A stretch of DNA of 21,891 nucleotides, taken from the NCBI GenBank assembly GCA_030668825.1, contig DAOVET010000039.1:1-21891 (forward strand), given 5' to 3'. The position numbers and the translations under genes are program-made. Shown piece after piece: positions 1-8,326 of this stretch. The number at the start of each line of letters is the position of its first letter. Position 1 is the first letter of the stretch. The stretch comes from Candidatus Heimdallarchaeota archaeon. GTDB lineage: Archaea > Asgardarchaeota > Heimdallarchaeia > Heimdallarchaeales > Heimdallarchaeaceae. The notes beneath the pieces are model-generated. The model searched no databases and had not been told where the DNA came from. It worked only from the letters and a program-made list of their open reading frames with translations.

Positions 1-375
1 AAAACAGGTGCAGCTGTAGGTCTTTATTCCGCAAGGGTTGATGAGTTAATTCACGATTATGTTTATCCACAAGAAAATGGGAATAGAACCGATGTTAGAT
101 GGGTAAGTGTTACAGACAGTGAAGGAAAAGGTTTCAAAATAACTGATGTGGAAGGAAACTTCCTGAATTTCAGTGCTTGGCCTTATACATTAGAGGATTT
201 AGAAAAAGCAGAACATATTCATGAGCTTCCTAGAAGAGATGAAATTACTTTCAATATTGATTATAAACAGAGAGGAGTAGGTGGGGATTTACCTGCATTT
301 CCAACAGTTCATGATAAATATAAACTGAAAAAGAATGTTCATTACTCCTATTCATTCAAGATTACACCCATCTGA
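1..375 (+). CDS. lacZ: Glycoside hydrolase family 2 beta-galactosidase, C-terminal part (5'-truncated by the window edge)
   Basis: Frame 1 is open from base 1: KTGAAVGLYSARVDELIHDYVYPQENGNRTDVRW...HIHEL...NIDYKQRGVGGD. The YxxPQENGNRTDVRW and QxGVGG motifs are typical of the LacZ/GH2 C-terminal beta-sandwich domain. The 148 start in the ORF track is internal. Confidence 0.9.
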   Translation, partial: KTGAAVGLYSARVDELIHDYVYPQENGNRTDVRWVSVTDSEGKGFKITDVEGNFLNFSAWPYTLEDLEKAEHIHELPRRDEITFNIDYKQRGVGGDLPAFPTVHDKYKLKKNVHYSYSFKITPI

Positions 376-388
376 ATTTGGTAAGATT

Positions 389-1504
389 TCAAGAGAAGGA
401 ACTGGACTCTTTGTATTCTTTCCAATTTTCATCAAATACTTTGGGACCAAAAACACTCAATCCTATTTTTGATTTCCAGATCTCTGGGGCATCTTGAACA
501 AAAACAGATATCTTTCTGTCTTCCTTGAAATCCTCTTCCCAAGGTGAAAGACCTAGGCCTGTCTTTGTGTCTACTACATAGAACCCATCCGGACAAGTCA
601 CATATGGTTTGTTGTTAATCCATGAAAGAAGATATTCATTCTGATACCAGATTTTTAGATTAACTCCTGTATTTATTGATGATTCTACTATTATTTCACC
701 TGCTGTGAAACCTCCCTCTTCAACTCTGGAGAACAGCTTTACTCTTCCAGAGAAAACATGTTCTGCATTTGGTAATGTACTTTTAATTGATTCAATTGGA
801 TTAAGCCCTCCTTCATTAGCCTCCCTAACATTTTTTCCTAGTTCAATAGCTAACGAATAGGTTTCTGGAATAACAGCTTTTTGAGCTTCCTCTATTCTCA
901 TAGGACATCTAGCCACACTTGCTGAACCGCCTGATAACCTAGATGCATTTCTAGCAATCAGCTCTCCTCTTACGTCGTCAATGGTCTCTTTTACGATTTG
1001 AACATCCCCATATTGGTTCACTATTGTAAATGGTGCTATAGGAATACAAGCAACTCTTGTTGTACTAATTGAGATCTTTGGTTTACTTCTTCCACAACAA
1101 TCTCCATTAATTGCTACTTTTCCCATTTCTGCTGCTGCCATCATTGGAATAACGCTATTATTCGGTCCAAGCTCGGTTGCAACAAATGCACTGAATTCTA
1201 TATCTAGAAACTTTTCCAATTCTCTGATAGCAGTAATCATTGGCTTTTTCTGAACAATTTCCCGATCTTTGACTAGTAGTTTATCCTCCTCTGTAATGCC
1301 ACCTCCAACCATCCCTATTATGCAAATATATTCATCTTGTTTGAAATCGTTTAAATCTGCAATTGTAAAATTCAAGCCCCTTTCATATATTCTATTGATA
1401 TTTGCCAAAGCATTAATTTCACTACCTCCTCCCCCACAAGCTAAAATTTTTGCTCCTATTACAAAATCTATTGATTCATGCTTTGTTAATTTTCTTATAG
1501 TCAT
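389..1504 (-). CDS. DUF917 family protein (hydantoin/thiohydantoin-metabolism-associated family)
   Basis: N-terminal GAKILACGGGGS, ELGPNN, NGDCCGRSKP, WYQNEYLL and TCPD motifs; 371 aa fits DUF917. Confidence 0.85.
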   Translation of the reverse strand: MTIRKLTKHESIDFVIGAKILACGGGGSEINALANINRIYERGLNFTIADLNDFKQDEYICIIGMVGGGITEEDKLLVKDREIVQKKPMITAIRELEKFLDIEFSAFVATELGPNNSVIPMMAAAEMGKVAINGDCCGRSKPKISISTTRVACIPIAPFTIVNQYGDVQIVKETIDDVRGELIARNASRLSGGSASVARCPMRIEEAQKAVIPETYSLAIELGKNVREANEGGLNPIESIKSTLPNAEHVFSGRVKLFSRVEEGGFTAGEIIVESSINTGVNLKIWYQNEYLLSWINNKPYVTCPDGFYVVDTKTGLGLSPWEEDFKEDRKISVFVQDAPEIWKSKIGLSVFGPKVFDENWKEYKESSSFS

Positions 1505-1575
1505 ACTCTCTATCTTTTATAAGAATGTGAAGGTTTTTATGCTTTTTCTGTTGAAATGGACAAAAACAGTGCATA

Positions 1576-1584
1576 AGGATGTGA
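1576..1584 (+). promoter_or_regulatory. Putative ribosome-binding site AGGATGTGA before a TTG start at 1590
   Basis: The identical 9-mer at 11941-11949 precedes the TTG start at 11954. It resembles the archaeal GGAGGTGA Shine-Dalgarno. Confidence 0.6.
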
Positions 1585-1589
1585 CACAT

Positions 1590-3212
1590 TTGGGTACAAA
1601 CGTAATTATTACTGAGAAAAATGAAGGAAGTCCTTATGACACAATTAATAAGGTTGAGGGCTCCGAAACCATTTCTTCAAAACATCCTGATTATATAATT
1701 GACGAATCGAAGTTAGCGGGAGGATCTGCTGAATTATTATTCTTTCCTAAGAATGAATCTGAAGTTATTACTATCGTAAAGAAGATGAAGAATCGAGAAA
1801 TACCAATTACAATTTCTGGTGGTAGAACAGGAATTGTTGGGGGTGCTGTTCCTTTTGGTGGAGCTGTTGTATCAACTGATGATATGGCAAACGTGCTTGG
1901 TTTTGGTTATGATGAAACTAACCAGAAATACTTTGTAAGAGTTCAACCAGGTATAACTCTTGATGCTATGGAAGATGTGATTAAACATAAAGAGTTCACT
2001 GAACGGCAGAATATTGGTGAAACAAACTGGGTTGAGAAATTCAAACATGATCCGGAAACATACATGTTTGCTGTAGATCCAACTGAGATGTCAGCTGCTG
2101 TTGGGGGAGCTATTGCAGCTAATGCATCAGGTGCAAGATCATTCAAATATGGCGCAATGAGACCCTGGGTAAAACACATGAGAGTTGTATTAGCCAATGG
2201 TGATGTTCTTGATATGACTAGAGGACAATGCAATGCTGAAAATGGTAAATTCATTATAGAGACAAGTGATCAAAAACTAAAAGTCACCATCCCAACTTAT
2301 CAAATGCCAAAAGCAAAAAATGCGGCTGGTTTCTATTCAAAACCTGGTATGGATGTAATTGAGCTTTTCATAGGTACTGAAGGAATGCTAGGTTTTATAA
2401 CAGAAGTTGATTTGTGGATAGTTCCAACAGTGGAAGGATTAACCACTGTAATGTTCTTTACATCAGAAGAAGACTCTATTAGTTTTGTTGAGAAACTTAG
2501 AGTTGATGATGAATTAATTGTGGAGTATATGGAATATTTTGATGAACATTCTTTCAATCTCTTGAAAACCAAAAAAGATACAAATCCTGCATTAGCAAAT
2601 CTGCAAACGTTACCTCCTGATGTTAAAACAGCTATCTTCTTTGAAGTAGTTTTTAGTGATGAAACTCTTGAAGATATAATTGTTAAACTGGATGAAATTG
2701 CAGTTGAATGTAATTCTTCAATTGATTCTAGTTGGTCTGCAATTGAAGAAATTGAGCAAGAAAATCTCAAAATTATGCGCCATGCAATTCCAGAAACAGT
2801 CAATGGGATAATCGCTAGAAGAAAGATAGAATATCCTGGAATACATAAACTTGGAACAGATATGTCTGTTGAACATGAGCATTTCAGAGAAATGATGAAT
2901 ATTTATAGAGAATCTCTAAAAGAACACAATCTTGAAAATGCTACATGGGGTCATATAGGTGATTCTCATATTCATGTGAATATTCTACCTAGAAATCTAG
3001 AGGAACTAGAATTGGGTAAGAAACTTTACAAAAAATTTGCTCAAAAAGCTGTTGAATTTGGTGGCTCTGTTTCAGCTGAACATGGTATTGGGAAAATCAA
3101 AGCTGAGTATCTTTTAATTATGTATGGGGAAGATGGCGTTAATCAAATGCGTGATGTTAAAAGCGTCTTGGATCCTCAAGATCTATTCAATAAAGGTAAC
3201 ATGTTTGTATAA
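1590..3212 (+). CDS. FAD-binding oxidoreductase, D-lactate dehydrogenase/glycolate oxidase GlcD family (FAD_binding_4 + FAD-oxidase_C)
   Basis: Motifs ISGGRTGIVGGAVP, DPTEMSAAVGGAIAANASG, FIGTEGMLG, WGHIGDSHIHVN, GGSVSAEHGIGKIK and LDPQDLFNKG. I moved the start from 1269 (which would overlap DUF917 antisense) to TTG 1590, downstream of the RBS; GTG 1581 is an alternative. Confidence 0.85.
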   Translation: MGTNVIITEKNEGSPYDTINKVEGSETISSKHPDYIIDESKLAGGSAELLFFPKNESEVITIVKKMKNREIPITISGGRTGIVGGAVPFGGAVVSTDDMANVLGFGYDETNQKYFVRVQPGITLDAMEDVIKHKEFTERQNIGETNWVEKFKHDPETYMFAVDPTEMSAAVGGAIAANASGARSFKYGAMRPWVKHMRVVLANGDVLDMTRGQCNAENGKFIIETSDQKLKVTIPTYQMPKAKNAAGFYSKPGMDVIELFIGTEGMLGFITEVDLWIVPTVEGLTTVMFFTSEEDSISFVEKLRVDDELIVEYMEYFDEHSFNLLKTKKDTNPALANLQTLPPDVKTAIFFEVVFSDETLEDIIVKLDEIAVECNSSIDSSWSAIEEIEQENLKIMRHAIPETVNGIIARRKIEYPGIHKLGTDMSVEHEHFREMMNIYRESLKEHNLENATWGHIGDSHIHVNILPRNLEELELGKKLYKKFAQKAVEFGGSVSAEHGIGKIKAEYLLIMYGEDGVNQMRDVKSVLDPQDLFNKGNMFV

Positions 3213-3243
3213 TAAGTAAGTTTTCAATCTTCCTTCAAACTTT

Positions 3244-3723
3244 TTATTTTTCTATTTCTTTCTTTAGAAGAATCAAAGCTTCTTTAGTTGCTTTTTCTTT
3301 AAAATCCTGTCTTGTTTCTGCTTGTAGAAATATTTCTTTACTATTAATTCCCTTCTTAGTAGAAATCCCAATTACTAGTTTTCCAATCTTCTCTGTTGTT
3401 TGCTTATCTCCTGGAGGTGCAATCCCCGTTGTAGATAGTCCTATTGATGTTCCAAAGATTCTTCTAATTGCATCTGCCATCGCTTCAGCGGTTTCTCTCG
3501 AGTAGATTCCTTGGTGCTCTGCAATCTCCCAATCGATTCTGAGGTCACGAATTTTTGAAGCTTTACTATAAGTTACAAATCCTCCTTCAAAGAAATCTGA
3601 ACTCCCTTCAGTATTAGTAATATTATGAGAAATATACCCCCCAGTACAAGATTCAGCTGTAGATAAAGTTAAGTTCTGATCTCGTAGATTTTTACCAATT
3701 TCCTTAATTAATTTCTCTATCAT
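3244..3723 (-). CDS. pncC: CinA C-terminal domain protein / nicotinamide mononucleotide deamidase (PncC-like)
   Basis: STAESCTGG, GSSDFFEGGFVTYS, TAEAMA and STTGIAPP motifs; stand-alone 159 aa. Confidence 0.85.
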   Translation of the reverse strand: MIEKLIKEIGKNLRDQNLTLSTAESCTGGYISHNITNTEGSSDFFEGGFVTYSKASKIRDLRIDWEIAEHQGIYSRETAEAMADAIRRIFGTSIGLSTTGIAPPGDKQTTEKIGKLVIGISTKKGINSKEIFLQAETRQDFKEKATKEALILLKKEIEK

Positions 3724-3853
3724 TATTACACTATTCTCCTCCTAGTTCTTTTCTTTTATTATCTCATTATGGGTAAGTTGGAAATCCTGACTCCAAAAAA
3801 ACGTGTATTTCTTCTCCAAGCTAGAGACGAACGGATATTTTTTAGGGAAGGTA

Positions 3854-3880
3854 TTCTCACGCAATGAGAAAACTTATAAG
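3854..3880 (+). promoter_or_regulatory. BRE/TATA promoter (GAGAAAA-CTTATAAG) with an overlapping inverted repeat TTCTCA-N5-TGAGAA
   Basis: TATA-like CTTATAAG at 3873-3880 lies 22-29 nt before ATG 3902 (leaderless geometry). The 6-bp inverted repeat at 3854-3870 covers the BRE position. Confidence 0.5.
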
Positions 3881-3901
3881 GGCTTCTACTTGGTTAGTTT
3901 T

Positions 3902-4798
3902 ATGAAAAAGTATACCCTTAAGGTTTACGAGAAGGGTTTCGAAGAAGAACAAGCGAAAGTGGGTTATGAGGTGGCTCGTACATGGAGTTTTGCTCACCAA
4001 ACTCCTCCCGAAGTACTTCGTGAAGTTTATTCTAAACCAGACTTTGATCCTGAAACGCGTCACTATTGTTTCAAGGATGGAAAAATGGTTGGTTTTCTCA
4101 CCTCAAAAGTCATTGAACCCAAAGAAGATGGAAGGAAACGAGCTAGTCTCGTTTTTCCCTCTATCTTACCTGAACACAAAGAAGCTACTGATTTGCTTCT
4201 TGAGAGAGCTTTTGATTTTCTTAAGAAGAAAGATGTAGAAGTTGTTGAAACAAATGTTTCCGCCTTATCAGGAAATAATTATGATTTAGCCCACAAATGG
4301 GATTACAAGTATATTCAAGACACGGATAATTTAGTTTACATACTGAATGGAGTAGAGATTAAAGCTGATTTAGAGACAGTTGAAATAAGAGATTTCGATA
4401 GAGAAAAGGATTTAGAGAAATGGCTTGAATTAGTTAGAAAATATGATGAACTCCCTGAAGAAGGGGTTAAGAATTTAATTAAAGAACTCGGCAATGAGAG
4501 CGGGAATATAGTCGCTCATCTGGTAATTGAGCAAGATGAGGAAATTGTAGGTACAACAATGATCTACAGAAATGAACTCAAGCCAAATACAGCCAATTTA
4601 GCTTTTACTTATGTAACTGAGACAGAATATCTAAAGAATCTTGCAGTCAAAGTGAAAGAAATTGGAAAGGAAAGAAAAATTGACACATTCTTCATTTGGC
4701 TGTTCAGAGGTCGTCTAAAACTCAAGGAGCATTTTGATGAACTTAATTTTAAATATGCTCAACCTAGTGCTTCCTTATTTGAGAAATTTCTCAAGTAA
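3902..4798 (+). CDS. Tandem GNAT-fold acetyltransferase-like protein
   Basis: Two GNAT-like halves (RHYCFKDGKMVGFL...LLLERAFDFLKKKDVEVV and EIRDFDREKDLEKW...LVIEQDEEIVG). ATG 3902 is preferred over GTG 3803 because of the TATA box position. Confidence 0.7.
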   Translation: MKKYTLKVYEKGFEEEQAKVGYEVARTWSFAHQTPPEVLREVYSKPDFDPETRHYCFKDGKMVGFLTSKVIEPKEDGRKRASLVFPSILPEHKEATDLLLERAFDFLKKKDVEVVETNVSALSGNNYDLAHKWDYKYIQDTDNLVYILNGVEIKADLETVEIRDFDREKDLEKWLELVRKYDELPEEGVKNLIKELGNESGNIVAHLVIEQDEEIVGTTMIYRNELKPNTANLAFTYVTETEYLKNLAVKVKEIGKERKIDTFFIWLFRGRLKLKEHFDELNFKYAQPSASLFEKFLK

Positions 4799-4851
4799 AA
4801 TTATGAGGACTGCGATTAAATCGCTTAGTCTTGATACAAACAAACCAAACC

Positions 4852-4881
4852 GGGAGGGGGTCTGTTCTCTTCTTCTTTTTT
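4852..4881 (+). terminator. G-U-rich hairpin followed by an oligo-T tract downstream of the GNAT gene
   Basis: GGGAGGGG (4852-4859) pairs with TCTCTTCT (4866-4873) using 4 G-U pairs, followed by TTTTTT at 4876-4881. Confidence 0.45.
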
Positions 4882-4907
4882 GTTAATTAGAAACAAGGCA
4901 CAAATAA

Positions 4908-6494
4908 TTATTCTTCAGTTGTTTCTTCCCCTTCCTCATCTTCCTTATCCTGCCCAATTAGTTTCTTATAATCCTTAATCTTTCCTTCTTCGCTAGTCTC
5001 CTCTAAAACAAGAACATATTCTATACATCCTCTTGCCCTTTCTCTTCTTTGTATCATGTCATCGATATTTGTAGTAATATCCAAATGAATGACTACATCT
5101 GCAGCTTCAAGATTTAGACCTCTTCCTCCTAAAGGTGTAAAGATAAGTACATTTACATTTCCTTCATCAAAATTCTTGAGTACAATTCGACGTGTGTCCT
5201 CTGTACTTTGTCCTGAGAGATATTTAATTTCAGGAAATCCTAAGTTATTTAATAATCTAGAGAGATAATTCCCTAAAGCAATATATCTTGTAAAAACTAG
5301 AACTTGTGCTCCTCTGAATAGATGTTCATGGATTATATCAATTGCTGTATATATTTTGGGTTGAACTAAAGCTCGAGTTACCTTTTCTTCTGGATTTTCA
5401 TATTTTGGTAAATCTACTCTATATGTGATTAGTTCTTTGCTTGGTTCTAGAATATTCCTGAAGATTTCTTTATTTTCATCATTCTCGATATATTTTAGAA
5501 ATTCTCCTGGTGTTGATTCTAAGAGTAATAATCTAGCATGACTCAGTTTGAACAGTCTTCTAAAAGCAATTATTAGACTATCTTTAGTTTCTTCGTCTTT
5601 TACTTCAAATTTTCCAAGTTTTGCTGGAAATTGATTCATTCTTTGTAATCTCTCTAAAGCACCACTATAGGATAGTTTAATGATTTCCAATCGAGAAAGG
5701 TTTGGATCAAGTATCTTTTGAATTGTTTCAACTGGTTTGGTTAGCTGAATTGAGATTTCTTTATCAATTTTGATGTAATCTTCTCTTCTTATTTTATGAA
5801 TTTTAGTAACGGTTTCATATGGAGAAAGATCGAGTCTTTGCATCATCAAAGTTTCTTTTCCTAATAGACGTAAAATAGCATTAGCTTTTTGTCCATCTCT
5901 TGTTCCCGTTAGACCAAGTATAGGAAATTCATTTCCCTTTTCTCTTATTTTGAATAACATCTCAAAATATTTACTTAATCTAAATCCTGACATATCTCTT
6001 GCTAGAACATCTGTAGCTTCATCAATTACACAGATATCAATATTTTCTAGAATGTTTATTTTTAACTTAGTCTTAATCTCAAAATAGTCATTCATAAGAG
6101 CGGTAATTGGTGAGAATATGACAGTTGAAGCTTCATACATTTTACTCTTTTGTCTAAGACTTAGTCCTTTACCTGTCGGGTCGTAGAGATAACCTAAATT
6201 CTCAATATACCCGAATTTCTTCCCCATTTCTAAAGCTTGACGACAACGTAATCCTGCAGCTTCACGAGCTGAAGTGAAGATAAATTTGGCATTCTCTTTT
6301 TGCATTTTTACAGCTAAAAATGATAGAAGTGTGATAATTGTCTTTCCTGTTCCATAAGGATAATTCAGTAATATGGACTTATCTGGAAGAACATCAATTA
6401 TCTCACTAACTGCAGAGAGTTGATAATCCCTTTTTTCAATAGTTAAGTCGTTTATCTTATCTTCAAACTCAGCAGGCAAGTTCATTCTATTCAA
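4908..6494 (-). CDS. Superfamily 2 helicase, Hef/Mph1/FANCM-like, lacking the ERCC4 nuclease domain
   Basis: Q motif RDYQ, motif I PYGTGKT, motif II IDEAT, motif III LGLTGT, a helical insert between the RecA domains, motif IV VLVFTRY, motif V GRGLNL and motif VI IQRRERAR. ATG 6485 is an alternative start. Confidence 0.8.
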   Translation of the reverse strand: MNRMNLPAEFEDKINDLTIEKRDYQLSAVSEIIDVLPDKSILLNYPYGTGKTIITLLSFLAVKMQKENAKFIFTSAREAAGLRCRQALEMGKKFGYIENLGYLYDPTGKGLSLRQKSKMYEASTVIFSPITALMNDYFEIKTKLKINILENIDICVIDEATDVLARDMSGFRLSKYFEMLFKIREKGNEFPILGLTGTRDGQKANAILRLLGKETLMMQRLDLSPYETVTKIHKIRREDYIKIDKEISIQLTKPVETIQKILDPNLSRLEIIKLSYSGALERLQRMNQFPAKLGKFEVKDEETKDSLIIAFRRLFKLSHARLLLLESTPGEFLKYIENDENKEIFRNILEPSKELITYRVDLPKYENPEEKVTRALVQPKIYTAIDIIHEHLFRGAQVLVFTRYIALGNYLSRLLNNLGFPEIKYLSGQSTEDTRRIVLKNFDEGNVNVLIFTPLGGRGLNLEAADVVIHLDITTNIDDMIQRRERARGCIEYVLVLEETSEEGKIKDYKKLIGQDKEDEEGEETTEE

Positions 6495-6536
6495 GATAAA
6501 TGAACTTGACCATTTTAAAGAATTTCTAAAACCTCG

Positions 6537-6932
6537 TTAACCCTCTTCAGTTTTCTTCTCAAAGTATTTGCCAATTTTATCCATAATATCTTTAGGAATC
6601 AATTCTTCTACTTCTTCCCCTTCTGCAGTAGCTTCAGTTTTCTTCTCAAAGAATTTGCCGATTTTATCTTTAATATCTTTAGGAATAAAGTCTGCTTTTT
6701 CTTCTTCTTTCTTCTTCTTACCTTTACCGATTGAACCAAGAATGCCAAATATAATAAACAGAATAAACATTCCAATGAATAAAGGTACATAGAATAGTGA
6801 TATTGTTGTTTTGTTTGATATAAAGCTTGCAGGGTTATTCCATTGAACAATTCCCCAGATGGTGAAAGTAAACCATGCTCCGAAAAGCCCTAAAAAGATT
6901 AGTCTTGATATTAATTTTCCAATTTTAACCAT
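6537..6932 (-). CDS. Small membrane protein with two TM helices and a charged, internally repeated C-terminal tail
   Basis: Hydrophobic segments LIFLGLFGAWFTFTIWGIV and ISLFYVPLFIGMFILFIIFGILGSI, then KGKKKKEEEK and two IPKDIxDKIGKxFEKKTE repeats. RBS-like GGTG and a TATA-like element lie upstream. Confidence 0.75.
   Translation of the reverse strand: MVKIGKLISRLIFLGLFGAWFTFTIWGIVQWNNPASFISNKTTISLFYVPLFIGMFILFIIFGILGSIGKGKKKKEEEKADFIPKDIKDKIGKFFEKKTEATAEGEEVEELIPKDIMDKIGKYFEKKTEEG
6545..6686. repeat. Direct repeat, 2 x 55 bp (6545-6599 and 6632-6686), 87-bp period
   Basis: CTTCAGTTTTCTTCTCAAAG(T/A)ATTTGCC(A/G)ATTTTATC(CA/TT)TAATATCTTTAGGAAT; 51 of 55 positions are identical and the duplication is in frame within the membrane-protein gene. 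Confidence 0.9.
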
Positions 6933-7036
6933 ATTAACACCATTTTTATTGATTAATAGTTAGGTTATCACTTTGTATATTTAAATCTTATACCAAAAAT
7001 TGCCTTATCAAATGAAAAAAACGTTTTTTTCCTTTT

Positions 7037-8044
7037 CTACACAGGATTCTCTTCAAACCATTGAACTGTTCTCTCAAAAGCTTCCTCTTTGGATACTATT
7101 GGTTGATAACCAAAATCATGTTCAGCTTTGTCACTTACAAATGTATGATCAACACATGTTTGGATTACTGCAAATCTGTTAAAATTGGATTTAGGAGAAA
7201 ATATCTCCACTATAGAAGCTAGAACATATGCAAGTTTGTAAGGAATTGATTTTGTAGGTACTTGTAAATTCAATGCCTCTAGAAAAGGCTCCATGAAAGT
7301 GAAAAGATTTTCTGCAGGTTGATGATCTGCTATAAAATAGCATTCTCCTGCAACTTCAGAATCTGGATATAGTTTCTTTGCAGCTAGAATATGAGCATAC
7401 GCTGCATTTTCTGAGTAAACATGACTGAAACAAGCAGTCCCATTTCCTAATTTAATATTGCTCTTACTCTTAGCAACTTCGATAATATTAGCAATATGAT
7501 ATTTGTCTCTAGGACCATACATACCAACTGGTCGTAAAGAACATGTTAGTAAACCCTTTTTTCCATTTACTTCAATTATATCTTTTTCTGCGATAATTTT
7601 AGTTCTTGAGTAATGGTCCTTTGGCATCTTTGATGGGTAAGGTAGGGTTTCATCACCATATACAATAGGTTTTTTTCCATCAACAACAACATCTAAAGTG
7701 CTTGTATAAACCAGTCTAGGAATATTAAATTTGAGGCATGTGTTAATTACATTCTGATTTCCTTTTACATTGACGTCATCAAACATCTGACTAGGTGTTC
7801 CAGGATTCCATACTGTTGCAGCTGTTTGAAAAACAGTATCTATTCCCTCACAAGCTTTTTCTACACCCTTTAGATTTATAATGTCGCCGACTATAGATTC
7901 TATACCATTCACATTGATTGGTTCTAAATCAAAAACTCTTACAGAGCACCCCTGAAGATGAAGTTGAGAGGCAATCTCAAAACCTAGCATTCCTGCTCCA
8001 CCTATAACCAAACATTTTCCTAAATCTACTCCTTGCTCTGTCAT
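7037..8044 (-). CDS. Extended SDR of the 3beta-hydroxysteroid dehydrogenase/isomerase (NSDHL/Erg26-like) family
   Basis: GGAGMLG Rossmann motif, VFQTAA, VNVKG, YTST, catalytic YSRTK and LRPVGMYGPRD (3beta-HSD/NSDHL-type LRPxGxYGPxD). Confidence 0.8.
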   Translation of the reverse strand: MTEQGVDLGKCLVIGGAGMLGFEIASQLHLQGCSVRVFDLEPINVNGIESIVGDIINLKGVEKACEGIDTVFQTAATVWNPGTPSQMFDDVNVKGNQNVINTCLKFNIPRLVYTSTLDVVVDGKKPIVYGDETLPYPSKMPKDHYSRTKIIAEKDIIEVNGKKGLLTCSLRPVGMYGPRDKYHIANIIEVAKSKSNIKLGNGTACFSHVYSENAAYAHILAAKKLYPDSEVAGECYFIADHQPAENLFTFMEPFLEALNLQVPTKSIPYKLAYVLASIVEIFSPKSNFNRFAVIQTCVDHTFVSDKAEHDFGYQPIVSKEEAFERTVQWFEENPV

Positions 8045-8056
8045 TTTCTTATACTC

Positions 8057-8314
8057 CTACCAAGAAACAGTAATTGCTTGTTCTGGACATGCTTCAACAC
8101 ATTTCATACAGTGTGTACAAAGCGACGGATATAACGGCGTGATTCTCCAAATCTGTGGATTGAATTGGTTGTCATTTTTGAATTTCTCAAGAGTTTGATG
8201 TATCAGAAATAAGGCTGGATCACAAACTTTCATACAAATGGCACATTCTCTCGGATCGATTTTATTACCATCCCCACATATTGTATAATCTATCTTGATT
8301 TTCGTTTTGCCCAA
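8057..8314 (-). CDS. 2[4Fe-4S]-type ferredoxin
   Basis: C-GDGNKIDPRE-CAIC-MKV-CDP (first cluster has an extended loop) and CTHCMKCVEACP; TTG start after a GAGGGG RBS. Confidence 0.85.
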   Translation of the reverse strand: MGKTKIKIDYTICGDGNKIDPRECAICMKVCDPALFLIHQTLEKFKNDNQFNPQIWRITPLYPSLCTHCMKCVEACPEQAITVSW

Positions 8315-8326
8315 AATATTCCCCTC

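Noticed and set aside
1269-1589. 107-aa N-terminal extension of the FAD oxidoreductase ORF
   Set aside because: It overlaps the DUF917 gene antisense, reads as shadow sequence (for example PPPPQ from the GGGG codons), and a good RBS + TTG exists at 1576-1592.
3788-4834. Selenoprotein hypothesis for the GNAT gene (in-frame TGA at 3788 plus a SECIS-like hairpin)
   Set aside because: There is no start codon between the in-frame TAG at 3743 and the TGA at 3788, the promoter geometry supports ATG 3902, and the hairpin spacing is short for a canonical SECIS.
6545-6686. CRISPR-like or mobile-element repeat
   Set aside because: Only two copies, in frame inside a coding region, and no cas or transposase genes in the window.
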